Numbered from the stretch's first letter, positions 13,511-28,522 are shown. The stretch is 64,000 bases of DNA from Eledone cirrhosa (GCA_964016885.1 OZ024747.1:84134001-84198000), one strand, 5' to 3'. The notes: generated by a model not told the origin, from the sequence alone. Translations and numbers: made by a program.

Positions 13511-13784
13511 TTGTAATTTCTACTACAGTCACAGAATATCAAATTTATCTGGGTGGGGTGATAGCATCGGTCAACAAAATTTTGCTTTTTTTCTGCTTAT
13601 CTAAGTTTGAGATCTGTTCTTGAGTAATTTCGAAAGAATGGAGTGTCATTTTACAAGGACAGCAAAGGAAGTACATCAACAAATAACAATAAAAAGGACA
13701 TACGACTTGAAACAGGACAGGATTCGGTGCAGGCGTTGTGCAAAATGTGTACATACATGTGTGCGCACACACACACACACACAT

Positions 13785-13845
<61 letters not shown>

Positions 13846-13850
<5 letters not shown>

Positions 13851-14274
13851 GGAATAGAAAATGCTGACAAATTGTTCACAGTTGAAAAATGGTTTAATTA
13901 GGAATAAAAGAGTATTAGTGATTGTATGGGTTAGTATTCAGTTGTGGTTTTAAGTTTTTAAGTTTTTACCGGTTGCGCATTTCTAAATGCTTTTCAAAAA
14001 TAATTTTGAGATAGAGTGTCCGTGCTGTTTGCTCTGATCTGATTAGTTTTGGGAATTCTACCTGTTTTTATGTTAAAAAAGTGGCTCCAGCGTTATTTGG
14101 ACACTCTATCTCAAAATTATTTTTGAAAAGCATTTAGAAATGCGCAAGCGGTAAAAACTTAAAAACTTAAAACCACAACTGAATACTAACCCATACAATC
14201 ACTAATACTCTTTTATTCCTAATTAAACCATTTTTCAACTGTGAACAATTTGTCAGCATTTTCTATTCCGTTTA

Positions 14275-14279
<5 letters not shown>
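13846..14279 (+). mobile_element. fold-back element in (TA)n, 176-bp arms, U3-A8 hammerhead relic
   Basis: Arms 13846-14021 / 14099-14274 with one visible mismatch; TTGAAAA-GCATT-TAGA-AATGC-GCAA-(C/G)CGG-TA at 14123-14153. Confidence 0.85.
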
Positions 14280-14325
<46 letters not shown>

Positions 14326-14329
<4 letters not shown>

Positions 14330-14522
14330 ATAATAATAAATGTGAAGACTAAAATCCGAAGAAGGTTCGATAAGGGTAATATATATATAAATATATTTAA
14401 AAACCGTAGAGCAAATATTTATTAAAATAACAGATTAAAGTTTAAGATTGATTTTATTTTAGTTTCAGAAAATTCCGTTAACGGTGGAAGCAGCGATTCT
14501 TTGCTTAAACTTTAATCTGTTA

Positions 14523-14530
<8 letters not shown>
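14326..14530. mobile_element. short (TA)n-embedded element with 27-bp inverted arms and degenerate hammerhead fold
   Basis: Arms 14420-14446 / 14504-14530; shares sequence with 35940-36008 and 39155-39230. Confidence 0.6.
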
Positions 14531-14577
<47 letters not shown>

Positions 14578-14652
14578 GTTGTGTGTGTGTATGTGTATAT
14601 ATGTGTGTGTGTTGTGTGTGTATGTGTGTATATATATATTCATTTTTTTCAA

Positions 14653-14697
<45 letters not shown>

Positions 14698-15024
14698 GCG
14701 ATGGGTTTGTATGTATCTAGGTGTATGTGTGTATGTATATGATTATCGAAGATACGTTAAAATTACACCTTATGATTCCAGCTTGGAGCTACAGAAGCAA
14801 TTATCCGATTTACATATGTATGTACATCTTTTTATTTGTAAATTCTTGTTTTATTTTATTAACATAATTGTGTACATCACATACTATTCTTTTTTTAAGC
14901 TATAAGTTTCTTTTTTATATCGTCTCAATTTCAACAGCCGGCTTTTTTTATTTAAACTATTATCTAGCTTTCACATAAAATACTCTCAAAGTATATTGAC
15001 ACAACATACCTCCTCTCCCACCCA

Positions 15025-15170
<146 letters not shown>

Positions 15171-15214
15171 ACATTTATATATATATACATATATGTACAT
15201 ATATATATATACAT

Positions 15215-15248
<34 letters not shown>

Positions 15249-15535
15249 ATACACATATATACATATATGTATATATATATACACATATATGCATATATGT
15301 ATATATATATACACATATATACACATATATACACATATATACATATATGTATATATATATACACATATATAAACATATATACATATATATATATATACAC
15401 ATATATACACATATATACACATATATACATATATGTATATATATATATACACATATATACACATATATACATATATATATATACACATATATACACATAT
15501 ATACACACATATATATATATATATATATATATCGT

Positions 15536-15645
<110 letters not shown>

Positions 15646-16057
15646 ACTCTCTCTCTGTTTCAGTCACCCACTCTCAAATACTAACTAAATCATGCTGTAA
15701 CGCTATTGATTCGCAATTTCATTGAAGGTCGCTTCAGGAAAAATTTATTTCATCTGTTTTTTAAATTAACTTCTGTCGTTTGCCTCACAATAATGGCCGT
15801 CTTCCCAAATTCTTCAACCTTCAACAGCTGGTGGCCTCGCAGCAACCTTCACAGTTGTTGTGGTGTTTAAAGAGAATTTTATAGACCTTAAGAATTAAAA
15901 ACAAAACAGCGATGGCTGTGAACGCAGAGAAAATGGTTTCCCCATATCTTAAAACTGACGAGACTCGAATTTCTTCGGCTAGAGTCAAAGGAAATATACG
16001 AGAATAACAGCTTTCTCAGTTTGTTTCTGGTTATTTGTTTTTATTCTATTTAAATAA

Positions 16058-16535
16058 CTGTTTCTACGTTAGGCACAAGGCCAGAAATTACCCAGTGCAT
16101 TACTGGTACTTTATTTTATCGACCTCGTAAGGATGAAAGGCAGTCAACCTCGGCGGGATTTGAACTCAGATCGTAAAGGGACGTAACTATGCTGATTCTC
16201 TTTTCTATCATGAAGAGGTTAGAGATGGATCTCTTCTCTCACTCCTTTTCAATTGCCACCATCTTTCTCCATTTCATAGGCACATTCTATCTTTCTTTAT
16301 ATTTTTTGTATCTGTCTATGTCACTATTTACGTAATCGACGTTCATATAATTGTTTCTACTTTTGACACAAGGTCAGCATCATCCCAGTTCATTACTGGT
16401 ACTTTATTTTTTTCGACCCCGTAAGGAGAAAAGGCAAAGTTAACCTCGGCAGGATTTGAACTCAGACCATAAAGGGTCGTAACTCTTTGCTGCAAAGCAT
16501 GGCGTCAGACCTACCGATACTGCCAATTCACTATT
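16058..16535 (-). mobile_element. two family-1 SINE copies
   Basis: TTTCTAC..CACAAGG..CTGGTACTTTATTTT..GGATTTGAACTCAGA at about 16058-16195 and 16350-16530. Confidence 0.85.
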
Positions 16536-16838
16536 GACTACTAAGACTGAAAAATATTTTTTCTTGCTACCCGAAGAATGACCTTGTCCGAAACGTCAAT
16601 GCTCCTCCAATGACATCGAACTAAGGAAATGTTACAATTTATGTATAACACTAAGAGTTGTTGAATTACCGTACAGTTTGTGTATGTGGCTCAGGTCTCA
16701 GTGAAACTGTTTTTAGAAATACTAACCTCACGACACATGTTGAGCGTTCTTTTCATTCGTTTATATACAAACGCATATATATACACATACGCACACAACA
16801 TATATATATATATAAATATATATATATATTATCTATCT

Positions 16839-16881
<43 letters not shown>

Positions 16882-16890
16882 AGTAGATAG

Positions 16891-17514
<624 letters not shown>

Positions 17515-17568
17515 GAAAATGTAACTGGAGTCTTATTTTTTTTTAAATATATATATTTATTTGGTTTC

Positions 17569-17604
17569 CTTTACCAGTTTCGCAGTTCTTCTGCTTTTCA
17601 AAAG
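17569..17604 (-). ncRNA. 36-nt minimal hammerhead ribozyme, U3-A8 variant
   Basis: Minus strand: CTT-TTGAAAA-GCAG-AAGAA-CTGC-GAAA-CTGG-TA-AAG; all three stems pair; adjacent 17510-17550 matches the fold-back at 24933-25047. Confidence 0.7.
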
Positions 17605-17636
17605 TAGAGTTGAGATGGTGGGTCTGTGGTTTTTAC

Positions 17637-17676
<40 letters not shown>

Positions 17677-18122
17677 GAAGATAAGCAGAACAAGTAAAAT
17701 TCAACCAATTTTTCAAAATAAATCAAAATTAATTTACAATTAAAATTAATCAAAATTAAAAAATATAATATAAATATTTACCTATTCGGGTAGCTCTTAC
17801 TGTACAGTTTCACTTTGCAAAACATTAGATATCACATGGATATTAATGGAAAAGCAAAGATCATCAGAGAAGCATTTTCCTTTCCTAGGGTTAAAAACCC
17901 CAGGAACGATAAAATATATGACCTCACTCCAACTAATACAGGTCTGAAAGGTCGTGAAAGTGACCCATAAATACGTTGGTGTATAGTGAAGGCGGGAAAT
18001 CGTAGACTTGTTGTCTATGTTTGCCACCAAAAAAATAAATTTTTAGCAGCTAGATAGAACGACAGAATTTTTTCTCTACATAATCGGAGAATAAAGTGTA
18101 AGGTTAATATATCTGAGGGTAC

Positions 18123-18200
<78 letters not shown>

Positions 18201-18572
18201 GTGTGTGTGTGTGTGTATACACACGTACATATACTATATTTAGGTTTAATCGATGCAATATAAAATATATATCAATAATGTTTCCCAATAAAAAAGCTCT
18301 ATGAACATTACTTCAGAGCATCAATTATACAAGTTTAAAAGACATATAAAAATATTATACTGCAGTTGAGAAACTATTAGTATTTTATACATATGTAAGT
18401 CAATATACTTACTTCCAGACGGTAATAAGCCTAAATCCCTTATACAGATCTCTTTCCTAAAATCGCAGAAAAGATGCAGACCATCGATTTTAGTAATCAG
18501 TATCAATCACTTATTATCGATTTTAGTATTAAGAATCTTAAGACTAGAATTTTAATCATCGGTAAGGTTAGG

Positions 18573-18634
<62 letters not shown>

Positions 18635-19024
18635 ACTGCACAAAAAATTAGTAACTGCTCAGGGAATAAATTCGAACTGTTCTCCACATAGTGTTAAAAT
18701 AATGTTTAACAGAAGAGCAGATATTACGGGACAGGCCGTTAGAAGTGATAAAAATTGCTCCGAACAGATCCCATTAAGACATCTCAACAAATAGTTATAT
18801 ATTATATTTAGGTTTAATCGATATATTGCTCGATATTTATGTAAAAAATAGTAATTGTGTATGTGTGTGCATGTATACGTATCTATTTTTTATTTATTTC
18901 TTAGAAAGCTAAAGTGACTCTTCCACGATGTAAATGTTTCGTCTTCAACACATGGTCTTAAATCAATTCACTTGCCAAATAAATACAACTCCGATATATA
19001 CACACACATATATATATATATGTA

Positions 19025-19263
<239 letters not shown>

Positions 19264-19320
19264 TAAATATGCTGGGTCCGTCAACTCCTTATTATATATA
19301 TAGATAGATAGATAGATACG

Positions 19321-19367
<47 letters not shown>

Positions 19368-19370
<3 letters not shown>

Positions 19371-19564
19371 CGAAGGAAATGTGGTAAGGGACCAGATGGA
19401 CCATAACGCAGCAGAGTACTCAATACTTGGGGTAGCAGAGGGGGTAATAGGACAAAGTATGACGCCGACGGCAGAGTTCAACCCGTTTCGACGGCTATTT
19501 CTGGACTCTGAGTCAAGAAATAGCCGTCGAAACGGCTTGAGCTCTGCCGTCGAGGTCATACTTA

Positions 19565-19568
<4 letters not shown>
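19368..19568 (-). mobile_element. family B fold-back element in (TA)n
   Basis: Hairpin 19456-19562; GAAA-CGGC..GCCG-TC (hammerhead stem III plus GUC); 3' end ..CCTTCGTT(AT)n shared with 24176-24333, 31597-31782, 37907-37951 and 52578-52742. Confidence 0.85.
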
Positions 19569-19663
<95 letters not shown>

Positions 19664-20356
19664 AGAGTGGGGCTTGTATATACACGTGAGTTTACAAATA
19701 TTTATACACGAGAATTTAATTGCTTTTATGCTTTACTAAACCCACATCGTCTATTTAAACCTCCTTGTCCCATATTATTTAAAGATGGCCGCTCACCTCA
19801 TACCGTAGAAAACAGATAAATGAATAAAGGTAAAGAAGAAGAGAGAAACAGAAGTGTGTGTGTGTGTAAGGCTAGACCTTATTACTGTTATCTAGATCAA
19901 GTTGAATGTTTAGCTTCTATGTTTGCTATTGTTTACAAAATAAGATTACTAAGTGATGACAAATTGTCACGGATTCTTTGGCTTCTTTCTTTCCTGTTTT
20001 CCTTATTTTTCCATTCGAAAATTTATTAGTTAGAACCTTCACGTAAAAACTATGATTATGCTAGTAAGTCTTTAATTTTATAAATGTTTATATTTGTATT
20101 GGTTCATCAGAAATATACAGCAGTAGAAAATATATTTTCAGGATTTTTAAAGAAAGTAATATCAAAATCTCATTTAATTCACTGTTCTCACTCAATTATA
20201 TTTTATATATTTATTTAAAAGCATTTTTCCACGCCACATGAAAATTTGGGTGTGGAAGATCGAATATCAACAACTTGCATGGCGTGAACAAAAAGTAATA
20301 ATTTGTTTACGAAAAATCAATCACCTTATTTAATTTTGCTAAATAAAGACCTGAAC

Positions 20357-20549
20357 CAGATCTGCTAAACTGTAAAAACCTAAACTGGGAGTACCATACA
20401 AAAGTGCCCCCAAAACGGGAGAAATGAGGCAAAATGAACAGATTTTACATAATGAAAGTTATACCCATTTTCACAAGAGAAGACATCTCTCACCCACCCC
20501 AAAGTGGGTGGGAGATCTCCCCGACCGACGGGGAGAATTGACAGGTTTG
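20357..20549. mobile_element. 193-bp MITE with CAG-terminal TIRs and 6-bp TSD
   Basis: TSD CTGAAC at 20351-20356 and 20550-20555; homologous to 28979-29332. Confidence 0.8.
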
Positions 20550-20825
20550 CTGAACGTCACAATATCTTTAAATTGATTTGGCAAAGGAGAACCAGAAAAA
20601 GTTAAAGTTCTTTTATTTTATTTTTTACTTATGTTTTAGTCAAAATTTGAAAAGGAGACGTCGTGAACTTTGCAATGTCCTCTGAGAGTAGAATGGTAAA
20701 ATATGTAGAGAAGAAACAACTGATAAGTCACTGATGGTATCGAGTTAGTCTCAGAGTGTAGATTCCACTAAAGGTACCCACGTAAGTGACAGCTAGTAGC
20801 ATAAATCAGGCAATAGATTAGATTT

Positions 20826-20943
<118 letters not shown>

Positions 20944-20944
20944 A

Positions 20945-21333
20945 TGGCTGCAACTAGATTTCGAGTATTGATACTTAAGCCTGATACATCACGGACGTGC
21001 CTTTTTAGTCCTGCTAGGAACTTGCCTATGGCCAGCAATGCCATGCATCGAAAAGGTGTCACATATCAAGAGATGCCTGTGCTTGAAGTTTTTTAAGTGA
21101 AGAAAGGCTTTGCACGGAGCCAATCCCTCTCTCTGAACATCGAATGCATTTACCCCAAAAGAAGAACTGAGTTCCTCCGCCATTTGACGGGTTTTGTTTT
21201 TCATCCCGCAGGGTGTCCAAAATCACCCTCCTTACCAAGCAAGCTTGGTGGGGTTGTAGGTTTAGTCGGCACCGGCCCGACTATGCACAGGTTGTACTGG
21301 GGTTACATATTACCAGTAGCGCTGAAGAGCGAC
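20945..21333 (-). mobile_element. RTE-type 5' region fragment
   Basis: Homologous to 63215-63360; continues into a short ORF start (MKNKTRQ..). Confidence 0.55.
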
Positions 21334-21469
21334 CATACATACATACATACACACACGTTTGTGTACATATATATATATACACTCATACATGCAAACATAA
21401 ATACACGTATACACACATACATACATGCATGCATATATACATACATACATGCACATATACATACATACA

Positions 21470-21902
21470 TGGTGGCTGCCAACTCGTTTTCGAGTACGGC
21501 CACTACTTTATATCCATGTAGGAGAACCCCTACCGATGCGCTGAACGAGTGTGACTTTTTAGTCCAGCCAGCGACTTGAAAACTCTGGTACAAACACTAC
21601 ACCTGTGACAATTATTGACACATAGTACTGGGCCCATGGCACCATGTGACGACAACTGCAGAGTGATCTCCAGATACAAAGCAATGCCTGTGCCCTGAAG
21701 TTTTATAGTGAGCAAAGGCACTGCACAAAGCCAGTCCCACTCTCTTAACCAAGATGATATTTACCAAAAAGAAGAACGAGTCAACATCATTGGATACCAT
21801 CAGGGTTGCAGGTGTTATATCAGAGTTTTCCTTCTCCTAGAATTCTGCCTTGACAAAGGCTAAGGGGTCATCTCTCCCGGGACAAAGGCTAAGGGGTCAT
21901 CA
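21470..21902 (-). mobile_element. non-autonomous RTE-derived element, 3' part
   Basis: Terminal C2H2 peptide [23 protein letters not shown], then 3' end GAAAACGAGTTGGCAGCCACCA plus microsatellite; further copies at 52216-52502, 53289-53881 and 62766-63398. Confidence 0.75.
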
Positions 21903-21926
21903 TACATACATACATACATACATACA

Positions 21927-21960
<34 letters not shown>

Positions 21961-22789
21961 CATACACACAGGTTTGCGAACACACATATATATATATACA
22001 CTCATACATGCAAACATAAATAAATACACGTATACACACATGCATACATGCATGCATGCATGCATATATATACATACATACATACACACATGCACACATA
22101 CATACATACACACATACATACATAATCAATCAGCAGCTGCCCTGAGAGGCTACGAAGCTATTACCTGTACGACATGCTGTTCTTGCTAAAACAATATACA
22201 GTGCAATCCGTTGGAAGTATTGCTCTGGGATAAATATCATGAATACTAGCAACGTTGAGTACATTCACACATTTCAACAGAAGCAATATTACTGGAACAT
22301 TCCAATGAAAATCTCCACCAAATGCAAACACCACATGTTCAACATAGTTTGGGACAGAAAATAAAAATCGTTTGAAAGTCAACTTCTCAGTGGGTGTGAA
22401 CGTTTCATTGAAAACCAAAGAGAAATAGAATTGTTTCGAAATCCGCAAATTTTTTGCTTATGTTCTATATATACATTTATGCCTGTGATCATTGGTTCAC
22501 TTGGGTTGTTTTACTAAATCTTTAAAACTTTTGGAACCAAGCCGCTTTGAGTTGCTCCTCGTTCTGCGATACGAAACTGTCTGTTTTAAAATGTTTATAT
22601 TTATCTAAAACTTTGAGAACATTGGTTAAATGTAGATGGAAAGGCCATTTATTGATTCAAATTTCATATTTAGTTATATTTACAAGAGTAAGAGAGAAAA
22701 ATGGAAAAAAAGGCGAAGGAAAGAAAGAAAAAGAAAATCAAATAAATGTGAGTGGGTGCGGGACTGGAGAGAGGGGAAACTCTACATTC

Positions 22790-23190
22790 TTGGTTGGACG
22801 GTAGATTGCCGTGGTGAACAACCAGCGATAGCTGTTCCGGCTCTTTAAGTTCTGAGTTCAATTCACGCTGAGGTCAACTTTGTCTTGCATCCTTTCGGGG
22901 TCGATGAAATGAGGTACCTGTCAAGTATTGGGGTCGATTTTTAAACGACTTTTCTGTCTGCCTAAATTATTGGCCTTGTGCCTAAAGTAGAAATCATTAT
23001 TATTTTGAATTGGCAGTATCGGTAGAGAGTCGGACATGCTTTCCAGCATAGTTACGTCCCTTTACGATCTGAGTTCAAATCCGGCCGAGGTTAACTTTGC
23101 CTTTCATCTTTACGGGGTCGATAAAATAAAGTACCAGTAATGTACTGGGTAATTGCTGGCCTTGTGCCTAAAATAGAAACAATTATTATT
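22790..23190 (+). mobile_element. two tandem family-1 SINEs with (ATT) tails
   Basis: B boxes GAGTTCAA; core AACTTTG.CTT.CATC; ends GCCTTGTGCCTAAA.TAGAAA followed by ATTATTATT. Confidence 0.85.
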
Positions 23191-24129
23191 TTATATTATA
23201 TTAATACATTATTATATTTGATTGTATCCTGTACATACAGCTGCTCGCACTAAATGTGTGCACACTGTTTAGTTATGACTCACAACATGGATCAACAAAT
23301 CAGAAAGCCAAACTTAACAGCACCCCACACATATACTCCGGTTTAAGAGTATGACTAACTACGCGTCTCAACCAATCAGAAGGCCTCCTTGATAACATCC
23401 ACCATACACCCAAAACACCAAATACTCAAATACTTGGTTTATGTATCTGAACCAATGATAACACATACTTTGCTTACTGTTTTATACTCCAATGTTTTTA
23501 AAGTGCCCCTAATCTTGCATACAAAAACCACCAACACATTTATAGAATCGCTGCCTCATGTTGGCATAATTTATTATTATTTTTATAACTTTTATGTTGT
23601 ATATATTTTTGGAGATCCGTTTTCTGAGTAAAATATTCTACCGATAAAGATAACCCTTCCGTGTATCTCAACTGTCTCTTGCTGAGTGAAGACGTGTAAT
23701 TCTAAGACATGACTCACAAAATTTCCTCCACGAATACATTTTACTCCAATCTACTTACCCGCATTGAGTATTTTTGTCAGCACGTGTGTAAGTGTGCGTG
23801 AGAATGTATGTGCGAGTGTATGTTCGGGTATGCAACTGTGTGGAGAGGGAGTGAGGTTTGGGATAAATATGTATATGTTGGGATGAGATATCTTATGAAG
23901 ACTCTAGTTGCCAATAAAACAGGATCGCGCAGGGCATGCAACTCTGAATAACGACACTTAAAGTGGTTTCAATTAATTATATGCAATAAATTTACTCCAC
24001 CAAAGCTATTAAGCTTTATTTAAATTGGCCGTGATGATATTTTGTAAGTAGGAATGTTTGGAAATAGAACACCTACATTATGTGTGTGTGGGTGTGCGCG
24101 CATACACACACACACACTCACACACACAC

Positions 24130-24169
<40 letters not shown>

Positions 24170-24175
24170 ATGCGT

Positions 24176-24333
24176 GCGGTCGGGGTCCTAACTCTTTTCG
24201 TGTATATATATATATATATGAAAAGAGTTAGGGCCCCGACCGCTGAGCTCCGGCCGTTTCGACAGCTAAACCCTAAGTATCGAGTACTCTGGTGCGTTAT
24301 GGTCCACCTGGTATCTTACCACACTTTCTTTGT
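24176..24333 (+). mobile_element. rearranged family B element
   Basis: 24-bp arms 24176-24199 / 24220-24243 around a TA tract, then an inverted stem III segment, then the family 3' end. Confidence 0.75.
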
Positions 24334-24932
24334 TATATATATATATATATATACAGAGAATTAGTATATCTACCAACATATGCGTACAGATGTACACTAA
24401 TGCTAGCAAATACATAAGTTATGTCATAGTACCTAGGTGGTTCAATGCAGGAGGATGCAGAACAATAATATGAAAGACGTAAAATAAGAAAATTTTTTTA
24501 AAAAACTTAAAAATTAACTTACTTACTAAAATTTTCACTCCAACTAATTAGTTTCTGTAATGGGATAATGATAGTTACGTAATATAACCATCGAGAATTC
24601 ATTACGTCATCAGGGAGTCTATTCTCAGCTAAGTCTCCAGGCAATGCGCGGACACTGGGGACTCATATAAAAATAATAATAATTCGGTGGAAGGAACAGC
24701 TAGCGGGGACTGGATTACATGCACTGAAAAAGTTCGCTGCCTCTGGTCAAATGGCAGATTCTAAAGAATCAATCACGTGACACTGAGGCTAGTCGGAAGG
24801 AGTGGGTTGGTAAGATGACAGAAGCCTACTACCACACCAATGAATTAGTAGCGGATTTGGCAGGTTTGCTCAACAAATAAATAATTTGGAGATAAATACA
24901 GAGAATTAGTATATCTACCAACATATATATAT

Positions 24933-25113
24933 AGAAAAAGAGATGAAATCGAAAATGCAACTGGAGTCTTATTTTTTTTTTTTAAATATATATATTTTTT
25001 TTTTTAAATAAGACTCCAGTTGCATTTTCGATTTCATCTCTTTTTCTTTATACTTTCACTCGTGTAGGACACCTCGGTTATTTTTCATTTTGTAAAAAAA
25101 ACCTCACTTTCTA
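24933..25113 (+). mobile_element. fold-back element in (TA)n
   Basis: 42-bp arms 24933-24974 / 25006-25047. Confidence 0.8.
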
Positions 25114-25118
25114 ATATA

Positions 25119-25156
<38 letters not shown>

Positions 25157-25591
25157 CAAAAGGGATATTCAATTTGTTAGTAATTCAACAAATATAAATA
25201 TTTATAACTGATTCAGAGCACTCGACAAGTTTTCTGGAGTATAATATTCAATGATATTAAATGAAAACTATATTTATAAAACCATATTTATTCTATTATA
25301 TATATTTCAATTGTATATATATATATATATATATATCCCTCTGGTCGAGTAATCTTTGAAGTGTGGTGACTGCTGGAAAGCTGCCATTACTCATACTTCT
25401 CTCCTCCTTCACCACCTCTTCTACGGCTTCGATATAAATACCCCCTCCGCCTCCGTGGTATTTTCTTCGGGGTTATAAGAGGCTTAGCTCTGTTTCTCGA
25501 CTGTTATATCGCGTGACTATCTCCCCCTCCGCCTTTTGGGATTCTTTCTCACGTCGTGTAGACGCGTTCTTGAGGCTAGTAAAATGAGGTA

Positions 25592-25681
25592 TCCTCTTGA
25601 TAAGTCGGCAGACCTCGCAAGGACTCTATATCTTTATGATGTATTGTTTTTGTTTATGCCACGAAACTACGTAGTCGAGGA
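25592..25681 (+). ncRNA. type-I hammerhead ribozyme, U3-A8 variant, loopless palindromic stem III
   Basis: TCCTC-TTGATAA-GT(C)GGCA..TGCCAC-GAAA-CTACGTAG-TC-GAGGA; within a (TA)n-flanked segment 25337-25752. Confidence 0.75.
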
Positions 25682-25753
25682 ATCTAGGAGCAGTTTAGGT
25701 ATGATACATTTTATTACTAATTATATCTAAATGTTTCTTCTCTCTTCATAATG

Positions 25754-25956
<203 letters not shown>

Positions 25957-26022
25957 GGGGGGGCGGGGATTCAAGTTGGGGTAGTATTTAATATATTATT
26001 TGCAGGAATGAGCTGTAGCAGT

Positions 26023-26441
26023 TTTTATAGAATTTTGTGTTAAAATTTTTATACTATTTTTCGTGAGGGAGGAAAACATTTTTGTAAAAGATTAAGAAGA
26101 TTTAGGCTACATGCATAAAAAGTTGTTGATTGAATAGAGTGTATGGTTAGGCTTTCTAGCCACGCATACAATATCTTAAGCCATCAAGTAAAAAATATTT
26201 GTATATGCCTTTCTGGCTTCTCTGCCAAATAATCTGGCTTTACAGATGCTTCAAAGTAATACAATGATGTGTTAGTATCACATAGCTTCTTTAAAAAGAT
26301 ATGGTGTATAAACAACAATATCATAGAACCTCACAGTGTTTCAAACCTCTATGACTATAATCAAAATCTTCTTTAATCATTTACAAAAGTATTTCTTCCC
26401 TGACAAAAATATTATAAAATTATTGGCAAACATTCTATAAA
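26023..26441. mobile_element. degenerate long-TIR MITE
   Basis: Imperfect arms of about 80 bp at 26023-26102 / 26364-26441. Confidence 0.5.
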
Positions 26442-26646
26442 GGTTTGACTTTCACCATCCGGGATGAATAAAATGCAATGGCGGTTGAGTATTTGGGATT
26501 GATTTAATAGACTAACATCAAATATGAAGTCTTATGCTGCTCTTAGAAGTGGTTAGAATTATTTTTGTTGTTCACTGTTGCTATTATCAGTATTTGTTAT
26601 ATAAATATTTATTCACATATACATAGTTATGTATGTATCTATGTAG

Positions 26647-26760
<114 letters not shown>

Positions 26761-26785
26761 ATATTATGTGTGTGCGCGTTTGTGT

Positions 26786-26819
<34 letters not shown>

Positions 26820-26858
26820 GTATGTATATATCTATGTATATATATATGTATGTATGTA

Positions 26859-26889
<31 letters not shown>

Positions 26890-26972
26890 ACATATAAATA
26901 TATATGTATGTATGTATATATGTATGTATATATATATATATATATGTATATACATATATATATGTATGTACG

Positions 26973-27180
<208 letters not shown>

Positions 27181-27697
27181 TCTATACTATACAAACCAAC
27201 GAATTAAACCAAAGAGTTGGCAAACATACATGTGTATATTTTTCTGTTATGTCTCTCCATATCTTAATATTGATATTTTCGTTGCCGCTTTGTTTATTTT
27301 ATTTTCAGATACAACGCAATGAACTTGAGGAAACACCCAAAAAAATCTTTTTTAAGACTATAGTCTTAAAAGTTTGTGTTTTTTCTAATGTATTATTATC
27401 CGATTTCTTTCTTCATTTGGATCACAACATAACATGTTCCTGTGAAAATCGCCTCCAGCAGTTCACGTATCGAGGTTATGTAACTGGGTTTCGAATTTCG
27501 GTAAAAACTACCTCACTTCACTTCACTTACACCTGTTGTTTCCCTGGAAGAGGAATGAATCTCCTAATATTCAGGGCTGATGGTACCATTAACACCAACT
27601 AGGCAGCCACCTATGGTACAAATCTTGGTGAGATGTATTGTTAAACCTTAAGGATCACAGTTTTAAATATAATCATTTGTATAGATTAGATATATAA

Positions 27698-27885
27698 TAA
27701 TTGTTTCTATTTTTGGCAGAAGGCCAGCAATTATCCCAGTGCATTACTGGTACTTTATTTTATTGATCCCGTAAGGATGAAAGGCAAAGTTAACCCCGGC
27801 GGGATTTGAACTCACATCATAAAGGGACGTAGCTCTATGCTTCAAAGCATGACGTCCGACTATCTGCCGATACTGCCAATCCACC
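27698..27885 (-). mobile_element. family-1 SINE
   Basis: Same motifs as 6647-6863, inverted. Confidence 0.85.
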
Positions 27886-28226
27886 CTATAGATTTGTGTG
27901 TATAATAATTTAGACACGAGGCCTATAGATTTGTGGGTATAATAATATAGATGCCAGACCTATAGATTTGTGGGTATAATAATATAGATGCCCGCCTATA
28001 GATTTGTGTGTATAATAATTAGATGCCAGGCCTATAGATTTGTGGGTATAATAATATAGATGCCAGGCCTATAGATGCCAGACCTATAGATTTGTGGGTA
28101 TAATAATATAGATGCCAGGCCTATAGATTTGTGGGTATAATAATATAGATGCCAGGCCTATAGATGCCAGACCTATAATACTATAGATGCCAGGCCTATA
28201 GATGTCAGGCCTATAGATTTGTGGGT
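27885..28226 (+). repeat. about 37-bp minisatellite
   Basis: CCTATAGATTTGTGGGTATAATAATATAGATGCCAGG, about 8 units with short deletion variants. Confidence 0.9.
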
Positions 28227-28444
28227 AAGTTAAAGTTGATTAAATCAAACCCAGTGTTTCAATGGTTCCAACAACAACAATATTATTTATTTTGTTGTAA
28301 TGAGTTTCTTTTACAGTTATTGTTGTAAGTTTCAAACTGAAAATAACTTGGAAGTGAAAGGAATTGAATCGGTTGTGTTGTTTAGATAAACATAAAGAAC
28401 GAAAGAATTATAGATACACACGAAACAAACAGTTGAACGGACTA

Positions 28445-28522
28445 GAAGAAGAAGAAGAAGAAGAAGAAGAAGAAGAAGAAGAAGAAGAAGAAGAAGAAGA
28501 AGAAGAAGAAGAAGAAGAAGAA

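Noticed and set aside
16570-16600. Hammerhead-like CCGAAGA..GAC CTT GTC C GAAACGTC
   Set aside because: Core mismatch, no stem I and no second copy; could be chance
19782-19800. YY1-like AAGATGGCCGC here and ETS-like CCGGAAGT near 28775 as promoter motifs
   Set aside because: Isolated short motifs with no supporting gene structure
27309-27650. Candidate host exons (acceptor at 27308 on plus; [27 protein letters not shown] on minus)
   Set aside because: No recognisable homology; needs BLASTX or RNA-seq
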